Below, piece after piece: positions 37,601-45,684 of a stretch of 64,000 bases of DNA. The stretch is taken from NCBI GenBank assembly GCA_030390025.1, contig JASTWF010000037.1:434001-498000 (forward strand), in the 5' to 3' direction. This DNA comes from Squalus acanthias (lineage: Eukaryota). The notes below the pieces were generated by a model that saw only the letters and a program-made list of their open reading frames with translations, searched no databases and had not been told where the DNA came from. Position 1 is the first letter of the stretch; every line of letters starts with the position of its first letter. A program made the position numbers and the translations under genes.

Positions 37601-40600
37601 ATGTGGATAACTTTACATTTCTCCATTATATTCCATTTGCCATGTTGCCCACTCATAGCCTGTATTACCTTGAAGCCTCTTTTTGCATCCTCACAACTTG
37701 CATTCCTGCCCAGCTTTGTATCATCAGCAAACTTTGATATATTGCATTTGATCCCCCTCATCCAAATCATTGATGTAGATTGTGACTAGCTGAGGCCCAA
37801 GCACTGATCCTTGGTACCCCACTAGTTACAGCCTGCCAACCTGAATGACCTGTTTATTCCTACTGTTTTCTGTCCATTAACCAACTGGGCAAGTTCCCCT
37901 TTCAGTAAGAAGTTTCTCATGAGTTCCCTATTGGCAGACTATCTTGAGTATGATACTGATTTTGGTCTCGTCCCCTCCCAAGTGGCAACTTTTCTGTCTA
38001 CCCTATCAAACCTCTTCATAAGACCTCCCATTGGGTCATCTTTCAGCCTTTATTCTAGAGCATATTACAGAATATACATCCATTGATCCTTCTGCCTGCC
38101 CTGTACACCTTCTCAATGCATGGCATTTTCTCTTCCAGTTTGTGAAGGACTTCATCATTTATGAAAATGAGATCTCTTACCCAAGAGAGAAAATACCACT
38201 TGATCTCCCTATAATAACAAGAGATCCAGACTACAGGTAAGGTTGTGGTATTTAGTATAAACTCTAGATGTGGTATTTTCTGAATCCTCCCAAGGACTAC
38301 TGCTAACATGTGGCAGGGCCACCAGGCTCCATGAGTATAATGGAGGCTAAAGGCTTTGCATGTTAACACAAATGTTGAGCAGTAGAATGGTTACTGCACT
38401 GCAATTGGCTTGAGGGGGTCAGTAATCTCCACTGGTGGTATTAGAAGCCTTTTACTGGATGTATATATGGATTATAATGTGGGAAAATGTGAGGTTATCC
38501 ACTTTGGAAGGCAGAATGAAAAAGCAAATTATTTAAATGGAGTGAGACTATAAAATGCTGCAGTACAGAGGATCTGGGGGTCCTAGAACATGAAACACAA
38601 AGTTAGCATGCAGGTACAGCAAGTAATTAGGAAGGCTAATGGAATGTTGGCCTTTATTGCAAAGGGTATGGAGTATAAAAGTAGGGAAGTTTTGATGCAA
38701 CTTTACAGGGCGCTGGTGAGACACACCTGAAGTACTGCGTACAGTTTTGGTCTCATATTTAAGGAAGGATATACTTGCATTGGAGGCAGTGCAGAGAAGG
38801 TTCACCAGGTTGATTCCTGGGATGAAGGTTGTCTTATGACAAAAGGTTGAGCAGGTTGGGCCTATACTCATTGGAGTTTAGAAGAATGAGGATCTTATTG
38901 AAACATAAGATTCTGAGGGGGCTTGACCAGGTGGATGTTCTCCTAGTGGGGCTGTCTAGAACTAGGGGCATAGTTTCAGAATAAGGGGTTACCTATTTAA
39001 GACTGAGATGAAGCATTTCTTAGAGGGTTGTGAATCTTTGGAATTCTCTACCCCAGAGAGCTGTGGAGTCATTGAATATATTCAAGGTGGTGATTGACAG
39101 AAATTTGAACTACAAGGGGTATGGGAGAGCTGGAAAAGTGAGGCCAAGTTTGGATCAGCCATTATCTTATTGAATGGCAGAGCAGGCTCAAGGGGCCAAT
39201 TGGCCTGCTCCTGTGTTTATCCAGGGACTGCATGGACTTTTTTTGTCTGTTAGGTTGACCATCCTGTGTCGTTACCCAGTCAATGAGACTCTGAGCATCC
39301 GTGCCCGGTTTGGTCACCTCCCTTCAGGATTCCAAGTACCAGAGAGCTTTTCTGTGATCAGACAAACATTGAAAAGTAAGTAACTGCAAAGCTAATTTGG
39401 GATCAATGTGAGGGTACTTCATAAAAGCAAAGCTACAACCTGCAATTCAGATCCACTGCATAACTTCTCTTCCCTCCTAGGTAAAGACATGCAAGTTCTG
39501 GATCTACACGCAAGGCTGGCAAGAGGTATTGGACTTGTTACATAGTGGAGGTGGGGAAGAAAGGAAGAGATTATGGTAGTTGCTTAAAACTTGTACAAGT
39601 AACTTGGCTTGGAACAACTTGCCATTTATACAGCGCATTAACATGGTAAAACATCCCACTGCTATTTGTATAGTGTCTTTAACATTGTAATACACCCAAG
39701 GCACTTAAGAACAGGTTATGGATTAGCCATTGTGGTGACCATGCAATTAGTTGCTAACTGAGGCAGTCTTTCAAGACTGCCAATAACCTGCTCCAATTTG
39801 GACATAATGCAATCTTGTACTAAAGTAGTGAGAATTTCCTGCCCACAAATTGACTCCTTTTAATTGAGCAAAAGCTTGTCACATGGCCTCTCCAGTGAAG
39901 AGGCATAGTATTGGGCAAGGAGATGAATAGAAAATTGCAAGAGGTTTTCCCTGGCTGGGGCATCTAGAACCTGGTCAGTCTCAGAATAAGGGGCCTGCCA
40001 TTTAGGGCTGATAAATTTTTTCACTCAGGGTGGTGAATCTTTGGACGTCTCTACCCCGGAGGGCTGTGCAGGTGTCATTTGGTATATTCAAGACCGAGAT
40101 CAATAGATTTTTGAATATCAAGGGATATGGGGATAGTGCTGGAAAGTGGAGTTGAGGATCAGCCATGATCTTCAATGGCAGAGCAGGCTCAAATGGCCAC
40201 CTATTGTTTTTATGTTAACTGGGAGGTTGTTAATGCTTCTATTGGCATCTTTTTTACCAGATCTATCCTATACAAGCTTCTACCAGGATGAAGACTACCC
40301 AGTACCTGTCCACTTGACACAACCACTCTACTTTGAGATAGAGCTTCTCTACAATGAGAATCCTAGAGTTGAATTGTTCTTGGAAAACTGCTGGGCAACC
40401 GGCTCGGTGGAGATGTCTGGGCAACCACAATGGGACATCATTGTAGATGGGTAAGCAAAATATCAGATGGCAGCTGCAAGGGGCCAATGGGAAATGGTAA
40501 CATTCCTCTCCTCAAACACAGGTTCTTGCACTAATGCAGTTATAGTAAGCCAGACTATTAGTGGCAATTCTACTCCAGAGCATCACAGCTGGATAAATTT

Positions 40601-42943
40601 CAGAATGGAGATTTTCCACTGGCTAGAGGAACCTGCTGTAATGGTTATCCACATGGGGCCTTGGTGCCAACCTTGTCTTCTGGGTTGACTTCTGTCTCCA
40701 CTATGAAGCTAGGTTATGATAGTTGTTTAATGCACAGCCAATCCACATTGCTAGAAATAGGCCAGTCTAATCTCTTCCTTCTAATGGATGAGATGTACCT
40801 AACTTCCAGTTCAAATTTCATACTGGAGTGACCATGTACTAGCAAGCATTAATTACTCATTCACTCCTTCCCTTCTCTCCCCTGCCTACTTTTTAAGATA
40901 CTAAAATTTAAGCTTTACACTTTTTCCCCTCCCCTTAGCTGTGAAAACCATATGGATACCTACATGACCACCTTCCATCCAGTGCTCACTAGGGATGTGA
41001 AGAACCCATTCTCACTGAAGAGGTTTGAAGTGAAGACCCTTGCTTCAAATAATTCTGGTGGATTGCAGGGCCTGGTAAGTGGTGGTGGAGATGACCAAGG
41101 ATATTTTAAACATTTCATTCTTGCAACTTGACTTACTGGATGGTGTTGGTCCTTCCAAGACTTGATGACTTGTGATGGTCTTCTCTCCTTCTAGGTGTAC
41201 TTCCATTGTAATGTAGCAGTTTGTGACTTGAGCAATCTAGGTGCTGCTGATAGCTGTGGAAGGAGATGTACCCTTGGCAAGTTGAGAGGAGGTAAGGTGT
41301 TTTTTGCTATGGTAGTTATTTACCACTTCTTCCCTCTTTCTCTTTTCTTACCATTGCAGTTCTCCTACATAAGTCAACCATCCAGCTACATCCTAAAGCT
41401 GATGCAAAATATAGGAGCTTTCATGAATGGAGCCTGTCCCACTTGAGGGTGATGGCTTGGAGTAGAAATGGTTAATGCAGTATCCATGATGCATAGCATC
41501 TCATCTGCTCCTGGACCAGCTGACAGTGAAGAGGTCCTCATTCTTACATTTTTCTCCTCCTAGCCCCTGTCCCCCCTCCTTCATGCATCACATCACCAGA
41601 TCTGGTGATGTTCTTGCTAAATAACATAACAAAAAGGACTCTTTTCAATGTTAAAGCAAGAGTTATGGAGCCAAGGCAGGCAGATGGTGTTGAGATGCAG
41701 ATCAGCCATGACCTAACTGAACAGGCTCAAGGGGCTGAATGGCCTCCTCCTGTTCATGCATCTAAATGCTACCACCAACCTCCTTGCATAACCAACCCAA
41801 AACCTACCTGACTTGTCCATGGTTTTTTCCCCCTGCAGGCCGCATGATTAACCACTCTGTCCAGGAGTTTCACAGTGCTGTATCATCAGGACCCATAAAC
41901 ATCATGACCCCAGAACAGGAACAGTGGCCAGATCACAAGACCAGTGATGGTAAGTGAGGAATGTGGTTTGGTTGGTCTTGCACTGGCCTGCATGTTCATG
42001 CAGCACAATGTTTCTAGTCCAACTAGTCCAGTGTGGGGTATGTCCTAGGTGTTCCTTCTAAGCTGAACCAATCCACCAGCTGGTGGGGAGTAGCCTGCAA
42101 TACTGCCATTTCACCCTTGTGTGGGGGTCTAATGTCACTGCAAACAATCACTACATTGTAAGTGAAGATTTAACTTTTCTCCAGTCGGCATCTTTGAGCT
42201 TTAGAAGGTTCTCCAGTTGTCTAGATGCTTTGTGGTTCTACTAGGCTCTTTGCCTTAGCCTTGTGTTCAGTGAAATTGGTAATTTCTGGTAAGTGTCTGG
42301 ATATCCAGGCTTCCACTTGACCAGCTCAAGGTAGCCAAAAAGAGCATCATAGTAGACAAGGACCTGGTTTCTTGTCTTCACCTACATAGGTGTAAAGAGT
42401 AACTTGAGCAGTTGCCACATGTCCCACAGTAAGCTCACCCACAATTTGCTACCAATTTCACCATGAGGCTTGTAGGTCCTAGTCTACTATGATCTGTTAC
42501 TTTAGTAGCTATGTCATGTGTATATCTGGGACCTTCCCTGTAACAGTGATGGCCAGGCAAAGACCCTCCAGTCTATCCCACACTTGTAATACCTTGTGTC
42601 AATATATAGAATCCTCCCCACTCAGAACCATTATCTCTTGCAAGAGGCAAAAAACCAGGCCAATTGGGGGAAAATCTAATTCTCCTCCCGACCCAGCCAG
42701 GAGATCACTTTGGCCCAGAATTCCCAATTGATTCCTCCCCCTCAAACACCAAATTGACTAGATTTTCTGCAGCTGTCTTAAGTGTGACTGAATTCTGTGG
42801 TCTCTAATCTTGCCTATTGTCTTGTTCTTCCAGGAACACATTGGAAGTTGTCCTGGGTAGTGTTGCTGGCTGTTGGTGCGGCTGTGGTGAGCAGTGTTCT
42901 ACTTCTGGCTGTGGTATATGCTGTCAAATCCCGAAGATGCTGA
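19636..42943 (+). CDS. zpax: ZPAX-like zona pellucida / egg-envelope glycoprotein, 23 coding exons, 974 aa
   Basis: Exons: 19636-19655, 19729-19784, 21347-21439, 22370-22497, 25317-25466, 26231-26308, 27882-28061, 28849-28945, 29390-29610, 31571-31721, 32371-32594, 33135-33252, 34616-34821, 34937-35060, 36085-36254, 38139-38236, 39254-39375, 39481-39525, 40261-40450, 40939-41074, 41195-41291, 41839-41949, 42834-42943. They total 2925 nt with GT-AG introns, matching phases and no internal stop. ZPAX-type motifs: WSSREIVCEENYMEVSV, FYKQRWLILLVD, GPFLPDVEL. ZP module: CFPNG..CGT..YENEI..LCRYP, then YPV..PLYFEIEL..LENCWAT..WDIIVDGC..YFHC. Assignment to ZPAX rather than a sister ZPY/ZPAY lineage rests on motif recall. 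Confidence 0.92.
19729..19784 (+). CDS. zpax: ZPAX-like exon 2 (VPLLLVILATEVKTDPPP)
   Basis: Pyrimidine tract with ctaactag acceptor, G|gtaagt donor, hydrophobic signal core. Confidence 0.85.
19808..22190. mobile_element. Three decayed CR1 3' fragments in ZPAX introns 2-3 (about 19808-20150 +, 20688-21235 -, 21590-22190 +)
   Basis: Recognisable CR1 ORF2 end and 3' UTR with many small deletions; the span includes exon 3. Confidence 0.75.
21347..21439 (+). CDS. zpax: ZPAX-like exon 3 (AVQRECRDRYFYIWIDRSFLSGRNWSIDAS)
   Basis: tttaaag acceptor, G|gtgag donor, phase 1-1. Confidence 0.88.
22370..22497 (+). CDS. zpax: ZPAX-like exon 4 (DESRNK...AAMCGFTI...RASFLSCLVQND)
   Basis: cccctag acceptor, gtgagt donor, ZP-N-like Cys pattern. 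Confidence 0.9.
23400..24835 (+). mobile_element. Decayed CR1 LINE (RT region to 3' UTR) in ZPAX intron 4
   Basis: Remnants encoding FQKAFDKVPH, QGSVLGP and KFAD, heavily frameshifted. Confidence 0.85.
25317..25466 (+). CDS. zpax: ZPAX-like exon 5 (NDETF...WSSREIVCEENYME)
   Basis: ttttag acceptor, gtaaag donor, ZPAX signature motif. Confidence 0.92.
26231..26308 (+). CDS. zpax: ZPAX-like exon 6 (VSVRRLFPGIAEEQMEMEDWEAVIPA)
   Basis: caatag acceptor, gtaagt donor, 78 nt, phase 0-0. Confidence 0.9.
26818..27641. mobile_element. MITE, CpG-decayed copy of the 17122-18009 family
   Basis: Collinear end to end with 17122-18009; TIRs GGGGAAATTCAGT / ACTGAATTTCTTTCCC. Confidence 0.85.
27882..28061 (+). 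CDS. zpax: ZPAX-like exon 7 (AQEA...WQIVF...GYGVNTTASRVVFRAPY...)
   Basis: ttccag acceptor, gtaagt donor, 180 nt. Confidence 0.92.
28270..28620 (-). mobile_element. Decayed SINE in ZPAX intron 7
   Basis: Homologous to 60962-61362. Confidence 0.75.
28849..28945 (+). CDS. zpax: ZPAX-like exon 8 (IDNMPVE...FYKQRWLILLVDSSTACPI)
   Basis: Long T tract with taag acceptor, G|gtaag donor. Confidence 0.92.
29390..29610 (+). CDS. zpax: ZPAX-like exon 9 (GPAIFKDNQLVWSTPR...VPVGAEGGLSK)
   Basis: tttcag acceptor, gtaggt donor. Confidence 0.92.
30210..30750 (-). mobile_element. Decayed CR1 3' fragment in ZPAX intron 9
   Basis: Collinear with 1587-2160. Confidence 0.85.
31571..31721 (+). CDS. zpax: ZPAX-like exon 10 (SRVINNTYG...LLEHQW...TPFIPKVPTFI)
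   Basis: cttcag acceptor, G|gtgag donor. Confidence 0.92.
31800..32190 (-). mobile_element. Decayed SINE in ZPAX intron 10
   Basis: Shared core and tail. Confidence 0.75.
32371..32594 (+). CDS. zpax: ZPAX-like exon 11 (DTDP...FNISVGPFLPDVEL...PSIKQQ)
   Basis: tttcag acceptor, gtactg donor. Confidence 0.9.
33135..33252 (+). CDS. zpax: ZPAX-like exon 12 (YLYDDIRRYTMNMT...DVHDV)
   Basis: ccctag acceptor, G|gtgagt donor. Confidence 0.9.
34616..34821 (+). CDS. zpax: ZPAX-like exon 13 (VLPVMVGHCGDD...NGTHFSLAVP...VIHE)
   Basis: tttcag acceptor, gtactt donor. Confidence 0.92.
34937..35060 (+). CDS. zpax: ZPAX-like exon 14 (EMSLNE...FTVRCTFSITQEEML)
   Basis: tttcag acceptor, G|gtaagg donor. Confidence 0.9.
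36085..36254 (+). CDS. zpax: ZPAX-like exon 15 (start of the ZP module ZP-N: VCFPNGT...LRDPTC...NSCGTIGR)
   Basis: ttccag acceptor, gtaaat donor, ZP-N Cys1-3. Confidence 0.93.
36905..37885 (-). mobile_element. Decayed CR1 in ZPAX intron 15
   Basis: SKFADDTKLG and RALVRPHLEY remnants. Confidence 0.85.
38139..38236 (+). CDS. zpax: ZPAX-like exon 16 (FVKDFIIYENEI...ITRDPDY)
   Basis: ttccag acceptor, AG|gtaagg donor, YENEI motif. Confidence 0.93.
38470..39215 (+). mobile_element. Decayed CR1 in ZPAX intron 16
   Basis: CR1 ORF2 C-terminal remnants and 3' UTR. Confidence 0.82.
39254..39375 (+). CDS. zpax: ZPAX-like exon 17 (LTILCRYPVNET... plus linker)
   Basis: gttag acceptor, A|gtaagt donor, ZP-N Cys4 in CxY. 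Confidence 0.9.
39481..39525 (+). CDS. zpax: ZPAX-like exon 18 (SKDMQVLDLHARLAR, internal hydrophobic patch region)
   Basis: cctcctag acceptor, G|gtattg donor, 45 nt, phase 1-1; supplies the strand expected before D-SY at the ZP-C start. Confidence 0.8.
40261..40450 (+). CDS. zpax: ZPAX-like exon 19 (ZP-C: DLSYTSFY...LENCWAT...WDIIVDG)
   Basis: ttaccag acceptor, GG|gtaag donor, classic ZP-C motifs. Confidence 0.95.
40939..41074 (+). CDS. zpax: ZPAX-like exon 20 (CENHMDTYMTTFHPV...KRFEVKT...)
   Basis: ccttag acceptor, gtaagt donor. Confidence 0.92.
41195..41291 (+). CDS. zpax: ZPAX-like exon 21 (VYFHCNVAVC...SCGRRCTLGKLRG)
   Basis: ttctag acceptor, G|gtaagg donor, terminal ZP-C cysteines. 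Confidence 0.93.
41839..41949 (+). CDS. zpax: ZPAX-like exon 22 (GRMINH...AVSSGPINI, external hydrophobic patch)
   Basis: cctgcag acceptor, G|gtaagt donor, VSSGP EHP motif. Confidence 0.9.
42834..42943 (+). CDS. zpax: ZPAX-like exon 23 (transmembrane helix, KSRRC tail, stop)
   Basis: ttccag acceptor; WVVLLAVGAAVVSSVLLLAVVYAV then basic tail and TGA; AATAAA follows closely. Confidence 0.88.
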
Positions 42944-42965
42944 ATGTGTACTTGCCGTGTAACTT

Positions 42966-42971
42966 AATAAA
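42966..42971 (+). terminator. Polyadenylation signal of the ZPAX-like gene
   Basis: AATAAA 22 nt after the stop codon, followed by GT-rich ctttgtctttgt. Confidence 0.75.
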
Positions 42972-44209
42972 CTAAATGCTATAATGCTGGCTTTGTCTTT
43001 GTACTTGATTATCTGCCCAAATATTGGGTGTCCTGGGGCCCATATTCATCCCTCAACCAATATCACTAACTGATGATGTGGCCACTATCACATTGCTGTT
43101 TTTTGCATATTTTTATGTGCAAATTGACTGCTGCATTTCCTACATTACAACAGTGACTACACTTCCTGGGACATCCGGAGGTTGTAAAAGGCATTATATA
43201 ATGCAACACTATTTGAAACTTCCAATCCCAGTAGTAGCTGTGTGCTGGAAGGGAAAGAGAAGCCATGCCCTGCCTCTCTATTGACCTTGTGCTCAATGGG
43301 CTAATCTTTATTTTAAAGGACTTTGCATGTGGCATTAGTGATAGTAACAACTGGTCTCATGCTAGCTGTTTGAGATGTACTGGGGCAGGGAGTTCAACCT
43401 TTGCCAGAGGTGAAGAGAATTTTTTTAATGCAGCAAGTTGTGATCTGGAATGTGCTGCCTGAAAGGGTGGTGGAAGCAGATTCAATAACTTTCCAAAGGG
43501 AATGGGGAAATACTTGAAGAATTTGCAGGGCTATGGGGTAAGAGCAGGGACTAATTGGCAAGTTTAGAGCAAACATGGTGGGCCAAATGGTTACCTGTGA
43601 TGTAAGATTCAATGATGCCATGTTCTAGCGCACTCAATTATGGCAATGACTTGTATGTTCCTGAGCACTTGTTCAGGAGCACTTTTCAAGTTGTAGAGCT
43701 GGATTGGATCATTACAGGGTAATGGGGATTGCAAGCACTGATGGGGATTGTTGACTTCAAAACCATGACCTGACTTGCTCAGGTATTTGCTTGAGTCCTC
43801 TTGTTTCAAGGGCACTAGTGGTTGATCACTGAGCTTCAAGGGGACTCCTCTGGACAATGCAGCATGAATGCATCTTGAGCATTTGCCTTAAGACTTCATT
43901 CTTCAGTGATTCAGAGCATGACTCCTGTAGTATTTCTGGTTTTGTGTGCCTGGCCTACATCTTGCACTGTATTCTTCCTCAGTCCAGACTTGGGTTTTGA
44001 TGTCCTTCACTGCCATGGTCTACTACATTGGAGTAGTCACAATCTGAAACTTGTCTAAATACTTGTCTTGTGAAGGGATCTCTGAATTTAAAATGTAATG
44101 GTTTTGCTTGCAACTTTCTTCAGTTGCCATGACTTGATGTGATGCTGGCATCCTTCCCAATAACTACTTTGGGAAATGGGTGGACAGCAAAGGCCTGAGG
44201 AAGAGTTGG

Positions 44210-45665
44210 AATCATAGAATGGTTACAGTACAGAAGGAGGCCTATTGAAGCCTGTGCCAGCTCTCCAAGAGCACTTCAGCTCATCCTGTCTTTCCCCGTA
44301 GCCCTACAATTTTTTTCCTTCAGCTACTTATCCAATTCCCTTTTGAAAGCCACAATTGAATCTGCCTCCAGCACACTTTCAGGCAGTGCATTCCAGATCC
44401 TAACCACTTTTTTTATATTTATATAAAAAAAAAAAAATCCTCATCTTTGGATCTTCTGCCAATCACCTTAAATCTGTGTCCTCTGGTTCTCAACCCTTCT
44501 GCCAATGTGTCATTTCTCTACTGTCCAGACCCTCATGATTTTGAATGCCTCTCAAATCTCCTCTCAATCTTCTCTGCTTCAAGAACAACCCCAGCTACTC
44601 CAGTCTCTCCACATAACTGTATTCCCTGGAACCATTCTCAAATCTTTTCTGCACCCTCTCTAAGGCCTTCACATCCTTCCTAAAGTACAGTGCCTAGAAT
44701 TGGGAGCAATGCTCCAGTTGAGGCTGAACCAGTGTTTTATAAAAGTTCATAACTTCCTTGCTTTTGTACTCTGCCTCTTAAGCCCAGGATCCCTTATGGG
44801 TTTTTAACTGATTTCTCAATCTGGCCTATCACCTTCAATGATTTGTGCACCTATAACTGCCCCCCCCCCCACAAGCTCTCTGTTCATGGAACCCCTTTAG
44901 AATTGTACCCTTTAGTTTATATTGCTGCACCTCATTCTTCCAACTAATGACACTTTGCACTTTTCTGCATTAAATTTCATCTGCCCATTCCACCAGCCTG
45001 TATCACTATCCTCCTCACTGTTCACCTATACTTGGTTTTTGTACTGAGTTGGGGAAATTGGTGTGGCTCACTGAAGTAGGGTAGCTATTCAGCCCCATTG
45101 GGCCTGTGCTGGCTCTTAAGAGCTATTTAGTTAGACCCCCCCCCCCACCCCTCAACTGCAAACCCCTTTCAAATATTTATTCAGTTCCCCTTTTGAAAGT
45201 TAACCTGAATTTTTTTTTTTTTTCTTAATTCCCCCTCTGGTTCTTTTGCCAATCTGTGTCCTCTGGTTACTAACCTTTCTGCCAGTAAGGAAGCTGTTTC
45301 TCCTTGTACTCTATCAAAACATTCACTTTTTTAGCACCTGATTAAATCTCCTCCTCCTTCTCCACACCCCCACCCCAGACCTCTCTCTCCAGAAACCAGA
45401 GTCTCTCTCCACATAACTGAAGTCCCTCATGCTTGATACCATTCTGGTAAATCTCCTCCACACCCTCCAATCTTGATATCCTTCCTAAAGTGCAGTGCCC
45501 AGAATTGAACACACTACCCCAGTTGAGGCCTAACCAGGGTTTAGTAAAGGTTTAGCATACTCTTTTACTGTTTATGGAGCCATGGATCCTGTATGCTTTA
45601 AGACTTGTGTAGATTTACCCCCAGGTCTCTCTGCTCCTGCACCCCCTTTTTTAAAATTGTACCAA
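44210..45665 (-). mobile_element. Two decayed CR1 3' fragments downstream of ZPAX
   Basis: Collinear with 57781-58535 but CpG-poor and deletion-rich. Confidence 0.8.
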
Positions 45666-45684
45666 AATGCCTCACTCTGCACTA

